A stretch of DNA of 64,000 nt, taken from assembly GCF_037042905.1 (NCBI RefSeq), contig NC_087250.1, forward strand, positions 19,222,001 to 19,286,000, in the 5' to 3' direction. The position numbers were made by a program, and so were the translations under genes. Every line of letters starts with the position of its first letter. Position 1 is the first letter of the stretch. Shown here in pieces: positions 1 through 12,817 of this stretch. The DNA comes from Lytechinus pictus (Eukaryota). Below the pieces are notes generated by a model. That model was given only the letters and a program-made list of their open reading frames with translations. It did not search any database and was not told the DNA's origin.

Positions 1-475
1 AGCCTTTGTACACATTTAGAGTATCAAGGCTTACAAAATGTAAAAATGTAATGTTTGCCCAAAAATCATTATGGGGAAAGGTGGATTTCCGAGGGAAATC
101 TATCTTTGTTTACACAGTTGTATGAGCAACCTTATAGGAGGCTTGTCTAGGCTCCGTGATGAAAATACAATGTAAAAATTATAAAATTATCTTCATGGAG
201 TCCTCTAGGCTAGCCAGTGACATGGGCCCATGCCCATCAATTTTAATTCATGCTTTTGCATAACCAAATGGCGTGAATTTAAAACTGGAAGTATAATTTC
301 AGATTGACCTCCGAAATGAAACGTGCACAATTAGTCTGAACTAAAATAACATTTCCTGAATTTTTCTTAAATCTGGAGGCTGAGGTATTTTTGTATCTTT
401 GAAATTAAATTGGTTCTCGTTGTTTTTACCTCTGACTTACCAGTATGTGTAGGGGTACCGTAGAAGTAGAATTAA

Positions 476-1066
476 AGGGATGGTCCAGGCTGGAAACATA
501 TCTCAATAAATAGAGTAAAATTCACAGAGCAAAATGCTGAAAACTTGATCAAATTGGATAACTAATTAAGGTTTTGAATTTTAAAGATTTGCATTATTCC
601 GGTGAAATAGTTCTAGGCATGTCTTTATGAATATTCATTAGGTTGACTGATGATGTCATTGTCATATCCCAATTGCCCTTTTGTATTTTATTATATGAGA
701 TTAGGTTTATTAAGATATTTTTAACCAAGAACTATTGACAATTGGATTGACAACTGATTAGGTGCATTAGTTATTGACGCAACTTATTTCATTACAATGG
801 AGACGCATCATTTACACATGTATGAAAAAATCAAACATTTATGATTTCATCTAGTAACATAAAAAAAGGAAAGTGGAGATGTGACATCAGCCCACCTAAT
901 GAATATTCATGACGAAGTGCATACAACTGTTTTCACAAAATATTGATAAACTTTAAAATTCAATAACTTCTTGTTATCCTATTTTGATGAAATTTTCATC
1001 ATTTTGCTCTGTGAATTTTACTCAAGTATTATTTAGATGTAAATATTTTCGGCCCGGACCATCCCT
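476..1066. mobile_element. Non-autonomous DNA transposon, AGG...CCT termini with TTAA TSD (Kolobok-like)
   Basis: ttaa|agggatggtccagg ... ccggaccatccct|ttaa; internally similar to the copies at 26139, 39657 and 49989. Confidence 0.65.
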
Positions 1067-2417
1067 TTAATCCTCGGATAAAATTTTGAATTTCAATTTT
1101 TTTTTGCTTTGTCTTGCGTTTTTAAACATGCTCTGGGAACTGCTTTTTGAAAGTTGTCAGCATTAACAAGTTGTCTTTTTCCGACAGTTACCATAGTAAC
1201 AGTCAGAGGCCAGTGCTTCTCAGCCAATCAAAAGCAATGATTTCACTGAAATAGTCGGCACTGACAATCATGAAATACCCATCAGATGTTAGCAGATAAT
1301 GTGCAACATAGACTCCTAGATACATATATGCAAACATACATAGTCTAAGTCTTTATTATTAAAATAAATGTATAGGTATAAGGTCGAGGCAATTTCATCT
1401 CTGCGATGTCAATTTCAGAAGTATTCCCAAGACCATGTGAACTTACTATACATGTTGTAATAAAAATGATGATGTGCTGTCTATCATTTATAATTGAATC
1501 ATTGAAATATGGAACTTAGAGAAGTTTCACTATCCCATGTATTTTCTTTATGTGCAGATATAATTTTACACCCCTGAAATTTTGTATTACGGTATTCACT
1601 GTACTTATTATTTTTAATTCCATTGTTTTTTTTTTCTAATCTTCAGATACATCGCATCTACCAGCAAAGATCAAGTGCCACTACAGGAAAGGAAGGTACC
1701 TGTCTCACGTTTCCTCTTCAGAGCCAGTGAGGGCCCCAAGATCTCAATAAATAATAATTAAAAAAAGACTCCTTTATCATTCCTTTAAAAATAGTACATA
1801 TTGAAGGTAAATGCTTAGATGCATTATATTCAAATTTTGTCTCCAAGCTAGCTTGTAAAAATTGGATTGACTACATATTTACTGTGTAAGTTAATGATCT
1901 TTGTTGACACATAATACAAGAATTATACACAGCATGTTACAGTTTGTAACATAATTTTCTTTCATTAAATTCCCAGTTTCAATACCATATAGATGTTTTT
2001 TGTGACTTGTCATTCTCTGATGTTTTTTGGTACAGATTTCAAGAGACTGAGGGATTGATTTACCAGAGCAAGTTTACAGTCCAATCCTGTTATATTGTGC
2101 ATGTGGAAATTAACAAGGTTTCAATACAATGCTACAAATTTACCTTGTTTCATTTCATCAGTCCTATGTGCAAGGATAATTATTTCACTTGTCCATGCAC
2201 ATTGTTATAACAGGAGTGGACATTCAATGTAAAGATAATTGAAGATAATTAATTGAAATAAGTTAATAACCGCCTGAGAGGGGGGGGGGGGGGTGTTGAC
2301 ACCAATATTCTAATGTGTGTGTGCGCAAGGAAAACGAAGGAGTGATTATACGAGAAGAGTGAAAGATCAGGAATGTACATATCCACATGATTCATTTTTG
2401 TTTATGCTATACATTGC

Positions 2418-3013
2418 AGGGTGTTTCTAACTGGTACCACTTGACAATTTGTGTTTCCAACTAGTCCTAACTGGTGCTTCCAACTTGTTCTAACTGGCAC
2501 CAGTTGACAACTGGTGTTTCCAACTGGTTTCAACTGGCACCAGTTGACAACTCATGTTACCAACTGGTCCTAACTGGCACCAGTTGACAATTGGTGTTTC
2601 CAACTGGTTTTAACTGGCACCAGTTGACAACTCATGTTTCCAACTGGTCCTAACTGGCACCAGTTGACAATTTGTGTTTCCAACTGGTTTTAACTGGCAC
2701 CAGTTGACAACTCATGTTTCCAACTGGTCCTAACTGGCACCAGTTTACAATTGGTGTTTCCAACTGGTTTTAACTGGCACCAGTTGACAACTCGTGTTTC
2801 TAACTGGTCCTAACTGGTACCAGTTGGAAACTGGTACCAGTTAGGACCAGTTGCCAACTGGTATTTCCAACTGGTACCAGTTACAATTTGTCAACTGGAT
2901 TCCAGTTGATTCCAGTATTCCAATTTCCATATTGAATCCAGTTCGCTAACTGGAATCAACTGGTACCAGTACCAGTTGGATGAACTGGTACTTAACTGGT
3001 TTTTTTACCTGGG
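2418..3013. mobile_element. Right end of a CACTA/EnSpm-like element with an AACTGG/CCAGTT subterminal repeat array; left end not visible
   Basis: ~40-bp repeats (aactggcaccagttgacaa...) ending ...aactggtttttttacctggg, immediately followed by Gypsy gag codons (PLRGMSSD). Confidence 0.65.
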
Positions 3014-3477
3014 CCACTACGTGGTATGTCTAGTGACCCACTTTCCGAGCCGTCAGAGACCAGGCGGTCTGCCCAACAGAAAGCGAGCATGTTGGAGCTA
3101 ATGCTTGGGCAAATTGCGAATTACTGCCCGATAATATCGCGCAATTCTATCATTCGTGATTCTAGTTCACTAGTTGACATTTGGGGCAAAATCAGGCTAC
3201 ATTATGGCTTTCAAAGCAGTGGTGCCCACTTCCTTGATTTTTGCAATATCAAGCTAGAGGCGGATGAACGCCCGGAGGATTTGTATCAAAGAATCCTTGC
3301 CTTCGTTGATGATAATCTCCTTAAGGTTAATGGTGGTATATCTCACCATGGTGAAGTGATTTCTGATTCTGAAGATGAAGAGTTGACTCCTACACTTGAG
3401 AATTTCATAGTCCTCCAATGGTTACAATTGATCCATGCTGATCTCCCTCATCTGGTTAAGCAGAGGTATGGCACTGA
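3014..3477 (+). pseudogene. Gypsy gag, internal fragment between two insertions
   Basis: PLRGMSSD...[13 protein letters not shown]...LVKQRYGT; joins in frame to ELRARSL at 5492 once the insertion and one TSD copy are removed. Confidence 0.85.
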
Positions 3478-5491
3478 CCCAGGACCAAAATCCAATTGAA
3501 ACCAGTTGGATTTCCAACTGGTTTCAATTGGTTTCAACTGGTTTCAATTGGTTTTAACTGGAATATAACAATTTCCAGTTGAAACCATGCAGTTGGGCAA
3601 CTGGAAATCCTAACTGGAAACCGTTGGGCAACTGGAAATCCTAACTGGAACCAGTTGGGTAACTGGAAATGACTTCCAACTGGAAATGATTTCTATAACT
3701 GGAACCAGTTGGGTAACTGGAAATCCTAACTGGAACCAGTTGGGTAACTGGAAATGACTTCCAACTGGAAATGATTTCTTACTGGAACCAGTTGGGTAAC
3801 TGGAAATCCTAACTGAAACCAGTTGCATGGGTAACTGGAAATGACTTCCAACTGGAAATGATTTCTAACTGGAACCAGTTGGGTAACTGGAAATCCTAAC
3901 TGGAACCAGTTCGGTAACTGGAAATCCTAACTAGAACCAGTTGGGTAACTGGAAATGACTTCCAACTGGAAATGATTTCTAACTGGAACCAGTTGAGTAA
4001 CTGGAAATCCTTACTGGAACCAGTTGGGTAACTGGAAATCCTAACTGGAAACCGTTGGGCAACTGGAAATCCTAACTGGAACCAGTTGGGTAACTGGAAA
4101 TGACTTCCAACTGGAAATGATTTCTATAACTGGAACCAGTTGGGTAACTGGAAATCCTAACTGGAACCAGTTGGGTAACTGGAAATGACTTCCAACTGGA
4201 AATGATTTCTTACTGGAACCAGTTGGGTAACTGGAAATCCTAACTGAAACCAGTTGCATGGGTAACTGGAAATGACTTTCAACTGGAAATGATTTCTAAC
4301 TGGAACCAGTTGGGTAACTGGAAATCCTAACTGGAACCAGTTCGGTAACTGGAAATCCTAACTAGAACCAGTTGGGTAACTGGAAATGACTTCCAACTGG
4401 AAATGATTTCTAACTGGAACCAGTTGAGTAACTGGAAATCCTTACTGGAACCAGTTGGGTAACTGGAAATCCTAACTGGAACCAGTTGGGTAACTGGAAA
4501 TCCCAACTGGAACCAGTTGGGTAACTGGAAATGACTTCCAACTGGAAATGATTTCTAACTGGAACCAGTTGGGTAACTGGAAATCCTAACTGGAACAAGT
4601 TGGGTAACTGGAAATCCTAACTGGAACCAGTTGGGTAACTGGAAATGACTTCCAATTGGTTTCCAATTGGAAAATTTCCAATTGGAAACCAATTGGAAGT
4701 AATTTCCAGTTACCCAACTGGTTCCAATTGAAACCAGTTAATTTGCATATTATCTGCCAGTGTGCACAGATTAATGTTTTATGTGATTCATCATCATTTA
4801 AAATGTATCTATTTAATTCTTTTCTATTTCAAGTACCATACTTGTTTCAGATAAGTGTTTAGAATGCTTAGCAGTGAAAACCATGTTCATAAATGTTATA
4901 GATTACAATTAAAACAGATTATAAGATAATTAGTTCACCACTAACTGTTACCAAATTACATCAAATACAAATACATATATTTGAAGATCTTTCATGTAAA
5001 TATATACACATTATGAAAGTCTATTTTATCAATGCACATTACAATGGTATTATAGACATAGCACTGCTTCTTTGTTGGCATGAGCATTAGTTAGTGCATC
5101 TAATTAATTTGTAACTAATTAAGTCATTCCAACTGGAAGTTCCAATTGGATCCAGTTGGAAACCAATTAGTTTCAACTGGTTCCAGTTGAAACCAGTTGC
5201 CTCCAATTGGTTTCAACTGGAACCAATTGAAACCAGTTACCTCCAATTGGATTCAACTGGTTTTAATAGGGAAATTGGAACAACTGAAACTGGTTGCTTA
5301 ATTGGTTTCAACTGGAACCAATTGAAACCGATTGCCAACTGGTTCCAGTTGCCCAATTGGTTTTAACTGGAACCAGTTGGCAACTGGTTTCAATTGGTTC
5401 CAGTTGTTCCAATTTCCCTATTGAAACCAGTTGGCCAACTGGTTTCAATTGGTTTTGCTCGAATTGGTTTCAACTGGATTTTGGTCCTGGG
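3478..5491. mobile_element. Non-autonomous CACTA/EnSpm-like element (2014 bp)
   Basis: TIR CCCAGGACCAAAATCCA...TGGATTTTGGTCCTGGG; 2-bp TSD GA (3476-77, 5492-93); AACTGG repeat arrays around an AT-rich ~400-bp core. Confidence 0.85.
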
Positions 5492-8400
5492 GAGCTACGC
5501 GCTCGATCTCTCTCATCTCTCAAGCCAGAGATTTCTCAAGCTCTCAACAGCCTGCTCGATGAGATTCACTCCTCCGAAAACTCTCGTGCTATGCGTGCTA
5601 ATGCCTCTTTCCCTCAGCGGAAGGGACGCATGAGCAAGTTTCCCACTCAGGCTCAACCACGCCGCACTGCGAAACCACAGTATTCCGATAAAACACGTCC
5701 TCACAAATACTGCCCTCTTTGCCGTGAGGCTCGCCGGCCCGATACTCATTACCTTAGCGAGTGTACATATTTGCCAGAACAAGATCGTCGCTTCATAGCC
5801 AAAGCCCGACAAGTCGCCAATATCTTTGAAGACGAGAACTTTGACGACAACAGTGATTCTGGGGAGCCTGAACGAGCTCCATCAGCTGTCAGCCCCACAG
5901 ATGAGAATCCTCAGCATTCTCAAACTTCTGCCATGCGAGTACAGATTCGCCAGTCTCCGTATTTTGATGCCTTTTTTGGGCACCATACCACCCGTATTAC
6001 GGTGGACAGTGGTGCCACAGGTAACATGATTCGTGCCGCAACTGTGCAAGCCCTTGGCGGTGAAATAAAACCTAGTTCGCAGTCTGCACATCAGGCGGAT
6101 GGTGTGTCTCCCTTGGAAGTAGTAGGAGAAACATGCCTCACCTTCTCACGTGAATCTCAGCAACTTGTTTTTGAGGGTCTTGTTGTTCATGAGTTGGATG
6201 TTGAAGTTCTCGCTGGGACTCCCTTTATGGAACTCAATGATGTCTCTGTTCGGCCTGCCAAACGCCAAATATGCATCGGCGATGACTTAGTGATTACTTA
6301 TGGCTCTAAGCCCTTGTCTAAAAAGAAGTCACATGCTGTTCGTCGGGCACATGTCCTTCGTGCCCCTCCGCAGTCCACCGTCCTATGGCCTGGTGATTTT
6401 GTTGAATTGACACTTCCTGTTGATTTGTTATCCCATGAGACTGTTGCCCTCGAACCCCGTGTTGTCAGTTCGAAAGTTCCTTCCAGCGCTCGCCAGTCAT
6501 GGCCTGATCCCTGTATCATATCAAGTGTAGCAGGCAAAGTTCGTATCCCAAATCTCTCGGATGAGCCTCGTCTTCTCCGCAAGAACGAGCATTTTTGTCA
6601 AGTTAGGCCCGTGTATGTTAATGAGTCAACTAAATCTGGCCCACTTGTACCTGAGCCGGTCAAGCCACGGCCCTCCGTACCTAGAGTTAGTAAACACTCC
6701 GATGCTATCTCATTAGATCCGGATAGCATCCTCTCTCCTAGCTTACGACAGGACTTTGCCATGCTCCATTCTGAGTTTGATGACGTGTTCGATCCTGCGT
6801 TCAAGGGTTACAATGGTTCTGCTGGTCCATTTGAAGCGGTGGTGAACATGGGTCCGGTCCAGCCTCCTCAGCGGAAGGGCCGCTTGCCCATGTATGCCCG
6901 CCCATCCCTCGTTGAACTTCAAAACAAATTTGATGAGTTGGAACAAGTCGGTGTGTTTGCCCGCCCAGAGGATGTGGGCATTACTGTAGAGTACCTCAAT
7001 CCTTCTTTCTTGGTAAAGAAACCCAATGGTGGTTTTAGACTCGTAACAGCCTTTGCCGATGTTGGACGTTACTCCAAACCACAACCATCCCTTTTACCTG
7101 ACGTTGACTCAACCCTTCGCTATATTGGTCAATGGCGGTACCTTATTACCTCAGACCTTATCAGTGCCTTTTATCAGATCCCCCTTGCAAAGGCCTCAAT
7201 GAAATATTGTGGCGTGGCAACTCCATTTCGCGGAGTAAGGGTATACACTAGGTCAGCAATGGGAATGCCTGGATCAGAAACAGCCCTTGAGGAGCTGATG
7301 TGCCGTGTCCTTGGTGATTTGTTACATGAAGGTGTGGTTGTCAAATTGGCCGATGACTTGTTCTGTGGGGGGAATACCCCCAATGAGCTCTTGGATAATT
7401 GGACTCGTGTCTTACATGCTCTCCGTTCTGCTGGACTTCGCCTTTCCCCTAAGAAGACAGTCGTTTGCCCCAAATCAACTGGCGTTCTTGGTTGGATCTG
7501 GTCTCAGGGCACTCTTTGCTCTAGCCCACACCGTGTCGCGGCCCTGGCCTCTTGTGACCTACCCAAGACTGTCAAGGGTTTGAGATCATTCATTGGTGCC
7601 TACAAGATGATTTCACGAGTTGTTCCTCATTGTGCTGTGTTGCTCAGCCCCTTAGATGCTGTTGTTGCTGGTCGTTCTTCTTCTGACCGCATTGACTGGT
7701 CTGATGACTTACGCGATGCCTTCCAAGCTTGTCGAGATGCCCTTTCCTCTCCTCGTACCATTACACTCCCCCATCCATCTGATCAGATTTGGATCGTCAC
7801 GGATGGCGCTGTCCGGAACCATGGAATTGGCTCTACGATGTACGTTACCAGGGCTGGCAAGCCTCATCTGGCTGGATTTTACAGTGCAAAACTGCGCGGG
7901 CGGCAGATCACATGGTTACCCTGTGAAGTCGAAGCCCTGTCTATCTCGGCTGCTTGCACTCATTTCGGCCCATATATGGTTCAATCCCGTCACCACTCAT
8001 GTATTCTCACAGATAGCAAACCCTGTGTCCAAGCCTTTGAGAAGTTGTGTCGTGGTGTGTTCTCTGCAAGTCCTCGGGTGTATACCTTCCTCTCCAATGT
8101 CAGTAGGTATCAGTGTTCCATCCAGCACCTGGCTGGTGCTGTTAACATCCCATCTGACTTTGCTAGTCGTAATGCTGCTCCTTGTGCTGATCCCTCGTGT
8201 CAGATTTGCTTGTTCATCAACACAACCGAAGATTCCGTCGTCCATCGGATCACACCGAGTGAAGTCCTTGCTGGCCGAGAGAAACTCCCCTTCACGTCAC
8301 AGTCTGCCTGGCACAGCATCCAGGCTGAATGTTCTGATCTTCGACGCACACATGCCCACCTCCATCAGGGGACGCGTCCATCCAAGAAGTTGACTGACAT

Positions 8401-8743
8401 CAAGGATGTCAAGCGGTATCTTCGCGTTGCCACAATAGCACGTGATGGTCTCCTTGTGGTGCGTAGAGAAGTTCCCCTCCTTTCCCCACGTGAATGCATT
8501 ATCGTGCCTCGAAACGTCCTTGCTGGTATCCTCACATCCATTCACCTCCAACTTGATCACCCAACACAGAGTCAGCTCAAATCCGTTGTCAACAGGCACT
8601 TCTTCGCCCTGGATATGGATCACGCCATCAAGCAGGTCACTGATCGATGCCACCAGTGTGCTTCTCTCCGCACTGCTCCCTCTACAATGGCTGCTCAGTC
8701 CTCTGGTGATCCCCCTGAAGTAGTCGGTGTTAACTGTTCTTAA
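5492..8743 (+). pseudogene. Gypsy gag C-terminus plus protease, RT, RNase H and integrase zinc finger
   Basis: CPLC-x8-H-x4-C knuckle; VDSGA protease; [21 protein letters not shown]; RNase H TDGA, EVEAL, TDSKP, DFASR; HHCC (IHLQLDH...CHQC). The first 66 aa of ORF 5294 are read through the inserted transposon. Confidence 0.92.
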
Positions 8744-9172
8744 GCGGGCAAAGCAGTTGATCCTTGTGCTCCGTGAATCTGTATCCGCATACACTGCTAC
8801 TTGCCTCATTGCTGATGAGCGCCGGGATACTCTTCGTGAAGCTCTGATTCGTCTATGTGTTGAGCTTCATCCACTCGATGGCCCCCATGCTGTCGTTCGG
8901 ACTGATCCTGCCCCTGGGTTTTCCTCCTTACGTGATGACCACCAGCTTGCTTCGCTTGGCATATCCATCGAGCTCGGCCGCCCCAAGAATGCCAATAAGA
9001 ACCCGGTTGCTGAGAAGGCCATACGCGAGCTTCAGGACGAGCTGCTCCGCCATGCTCCTCGCGGCGAGCCCCTCTCTCCTTTGACATTGTCTCTGGCCAC
9101 GGCCCGCCTAAACAGCCGTCTTCGTTCGCGAGGCCTGTCAGCGCGTGAGATATGGACTCAACGCGACCAGTT
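8735..9172 (+). pseudogene. Gypsy integrase catalytic core (frameshifted)
   Basis: VLKR...VRTDPAPGF...NPVAEKAI (second D and E of DDE); different frame from upstream pol. Confidence 0.88.
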
Positions 9173-10516
9173 CCCAGGACCAAAATCCAGTTAAAACCAA
9201 TTGGGGCAAAACCAATTGAAACCAGTTGGCCAACTGGTTTCAATAGGGAAATTGGAACAACTGGTTCCAATTGAAAACCAGTTGCCAATTGGTTCCAGTT
9301 AAAACCAATTGGTTCCAATTGAAACCAGTTGCCAATTGGTTCCAGTTAAAACCAATTGGGCAACTGGAACCAGTTGGCAATTGGTGTCAATTGGTTCCAG
9401 TTGTTCCAATTTCCCTCTTAAAACCAATTGAATCCAATTGGAGGCAACTGGTTTCAATTGGTTCCAGTTGAAACCAATTGGAGGCAACTTGGTTTCAACT
9501 GGAACCAGTTGAAACCAATTGGTTTCCAATTGGAACTAATTGGAATGAACTTAATTAGTTACAAATTAATTAGCATTTGCACTAACTATTGCTCATATGC
9601 CAACACAGAAGCAGTATTATATGTCTATTAATACCAATGTAAAGGGCATTGATAAAATACAGACTTTCATATGTATATATTATATGGAAGATCTTCAAAT
9701 ATATGTATTTTTATTTGATGTAATTTGGTAACAGTTAGTGGTGTACTAATTATCCTTTAATCTGTTTTTAATTATAATCTATAACATTTATGAACATGGT
9801 TTTCACTGCTAAGTATTCTAAATACTTATCTTTAAAAAGTGTGGCACTTGAAATTGAAAAGAATTAAATAGATACATTGTTAATGATGATGAATCTCATA
9901 AAACATTAATCTGTGCACACTGGCAGATAATATGCAAATTAACTGGTTTCAATTGGATCCAGTTGGGTAACTGGAAAATTTCCAATTGGAAACCAATTGG
10001 AAATCATTTCCAGTTACCCAACTGGTTCCAGTTTTATTTCCAGGTACCCAACTGGTTCCAATTAGAATTCATTTCCAGTTACCCATCTTTCCAGTTAGAA
10101 GTCATCTCCAGTTACCCAATTGGTACCAGTTAGGATTTCCAGTTACACAACTGCATGTTCAAGTTAGGATTTCCAGTTACCCAACTGGTTCCAGTTAGAA
10201 GTCATTTCCAGTTACCCAACTGGTTCCAGTTAGGATTTCCAGTTGCCCAACTGGTTCCAGTTAGGATTTCCAGTTGCCCAACTGGTTCCAGTTGGGATTT
10301 CCAGTTACTCAACTGGTTCCAGTTAGAAATTATTTCCAATTGGAAGTCATTTCCAGTTACCCAACTGGCTCCAGTTAGGATTTCCAGTTGCCCAACTGGT
10401 TTCAATTGGTTTCAACTGGAAATTGTTAAATTCCAGTTAAAACCAATTGAAACCAGTTAAAACCAATTGAAACCAGTTGGAAATCCAACTGGTTTCAATT
10501 GGATTTTGGTCCTGGG
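9173..10516. mobile_element. Second copy of the CACTA/EnSpm-like family, opposite orientation (1344 bp)
   Basis: Same 17-bp TIR; TSD TT (9171-72, 10517-18); core 9540-9940 is the reverse complement of 4740-5130. Confidence 0.85.
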
Positions 10517-11066
10517 TTCTCCCATGCTCAGATTCCCATTTCTGACAAAGAACTCATCGCAAGCCAGCATCACCAGCGTATGGCTAACCACCCCCACAGT
10601 GAACGTGCAAAGGCCCCGTCCGGCCTCCTTCCGGGTGATGTTGGTATTGAAGTCGGCGACCTTGTCTATCTTCGTGGTGATCGCACCAAGTCTCAGGCGC
10701 GCCCTCGCTACCTTGTCGGCTCTGTTGACGGTGCATGGTGCAATATCAGGAAGTTTGTTGGCTCCCAGCTCCGTGACTCATCTTATCGTGTGAAAACATC
10801 AGACTGTCTGAAGGTGCCTGGTTTCCCTGCCCGGCCTCAATCGGACCCCGTGGATCCCCAACAGAGCGACGATGATGAGGTTATCACTGCTTCTCCACCT
10901 GATGCCACCCAGCCGGATCCCCCTCCCCCGGTCCCTCCGGTTTTGTCGACCCCTTTGTGTGACGGCGCTTTCCCCTAGCTCGCCACCCAATAGCCCCCCT
11001 GTGCTGCAACGCCCCCAGCGTCGTCGACGCATGCCAGCTCGTTTTGAGGACTTTATTTGTGACTAA
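10517..11066 (+). pseudogene. Gypsy integrase C-terminal region, probable frameshift near 10950-10980
   Basis: DQ|FSHAQ rejoins in frame across the insertion; VGDLVYL...RPRYLV module; basic tail RPQRRRRMPARFEDFICD* lies in another frame. Confidence 0.75.
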
Positions 11067-11442
11067 TCGACCCCCCTCCCCCTCCCTTTGCCCCGTTTAT
11101 ATGTGACGTCTACTTTTCTGGACTTACGCTCAAGATGTGACAGATGGTTGTCGCGGTATTTTCCAGTATGACGGTTATCGATGCCTTTCCGTCATTCATA
11201 CTTAATTTTTGCTTGTGTTTTAGACACACATGTTGTGTGAAGCATTCCCTTCTTCACCTGCATTATAGGTGGTGTACCTATCTGGTGGTTGTCATGGACA
11301 AACCGTTTTTCACTTGTGTCATATTCCCTTTCAATATTGTGGTAACGACTACCCCATGCTTGTACCAGCTATAACTCACTCTTACAAGCTTTAATTTTTG
11401 GTTTATCTGAGTCACTGCAATCTCTGTTATATCATACCCCCC

Positions 11443-11464
11443 AGAGGGAGTGAAGAAGGGAAAG
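11443..11464 (+). other. Polypurine tract
   Basis: agagggagtgaagaagggaaag directly before TG. Confidence 0.75.
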
Positions 11465-11664
11465 TGATCACGCCATTAATTGTGTGTTGCTTATTTTATG
11501 TAATAGCGCCACCTTGTGGTCGCTTTGGCTTGTTGAAGTGTTTTTACTGTTTTGCGTGCTTTGTAAGCACTTCGGTAGCATCTCCTAAGGCCTACCTGCT
11601 GCGGGTCGTGTTGAATAAAGAGTTCAAATTGTACGCCTTGTCTGTCGACTTGTTTGTTCTTTCG
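11465..11664 (+). repeat. 3' LTR (~200 bp; terminal CA not seen)
   Basis: Starts TG after the PPT; AATAAA at 11614; sequence beyond ~11664 aligns to 55633 onward. Confidence 0.65.
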
Positions 11665-12244
11665 CTATTTTTTGGTTCAGAGTCTCTTTATAGGAACCTG
11701 TTGAAAACTTGTTGTTGGGGACTTCATTTTGACCACAGACAAGATTAAATTGATTTTAATGAGTAAAACAAAAAAAAGATATATTTATAAATTTGTGCCA
11801 ATTTGATGTACACAAATTTCGAATTTTCGGCAATTTGGGGTCCGCGTGCAACTTATAAACGTTGCATGAGACTCGAAAGTAAAGTCATCGAGCAACGTGT
11901 TCCAAAATGCGATTTATCGCCAAAAAATGTGGCGGGGCGGGGGGGGGGGGGTTAATCACCCCCCCCCCCCCCCCCCGTTTTATAAGGGTTAAATCTCAAG
12001 TAGTGTAGTGTTGACAAATTTGGGGGATGGGAGAGGTAAAAACAGAAAAAGAACAAGGCAAAATCAATTTTGTGTCTCGCCCACTTATATGAAAATGACC
12101 AGTAATATCGTGATTTGCGAGGGCCGGCACGCAACAGAATTCATTGTGATATGACAGATGGAATAACACTTATCATGTGACCTCTAACTGCAGCATAACA
12201 TGCAGGTCCCCAAAGTCCATCCACCATCCAAGTTTGGTTGAAAA

Positions 12245-12817
12245 CCCGGGGGGGGGGGCACTTTCATTCACGAGTGGATACCATGCGCAACCATGGGGTC
12301 TCGAAAAGCACCCTAAACACGTATTTTCCATATACTGAAAATGCACCCCTTAACAAGTATTGGCGTGTAAAACCCTACCCTTAACAAGTATTGGAAACAA
12401 AACGATACTCTTGGCAAGTATTCCCTGAGATGAACCCCTAAACAAGTACAGCAATATTTTATTCATATGTCACGGGTCCTTCGGTCATCGGTTTTAACTT
12501 TACACATCATTTGGTTTTGTACGACCCCATGCACCTTCCACACCTCGCGCAAATCGGACTCTAAACACGTATTGCTGGGGCAAAAAGGACATCCTTTATA
12601 AAACATTTTAATTTTGTTTTATCATCCCCACAATTTGACCCTAAGCACGTAACTTTCCTAGTGAAATTAGATACCCTTTTTTCATTATTTTTGTGTTTTT
12701 GACACCCTTATCATGTTACGTACGTAACGTGCCCTATCTTAAAAAAGACATCCTTTTTACGTCTTTTTTGGGTCGTGCAATATGGTATCCATTCGTCAAT
12801 GTAAGTGGCCCCCCGGG
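12245..12817. mobile_element. MITE with CCCGGGG termini and 8-bp TSD
   Basis: TSD gttgaaaa (12237-44, 12818-25); second copy at 38102-38669. Confidence 0.85.

Larger units (their letters stand above)
3014..11664 (+). mobile_element. Ty3/Gypsy LTR retrotransposon (5' part outside window), interrupted by DNA transposons
   Basis: Domain order gag-PR-RT-RH-IN across ORFs 3026-3499, 5294-8743, 8727-9194 and 10499-10978; PPT and TG-starting LTR with AATAAA downstream. Confidence 0.93.

Noticed and set aside
3480..5490. AACTGG arrays as a CRISPR array or as protein-coding ORFs
   Set aside because: There are no unique spacers or cas genes, the context is eukaryotic, and the ORFs are translations of subterminal repeats
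3478..10516. The insertions as self-removing introns (introners) that keep gag-pol functional
   Set aside because: The termini are CCC...GGG with no GT/AG at the boundaries, and pol has independent frameshifts
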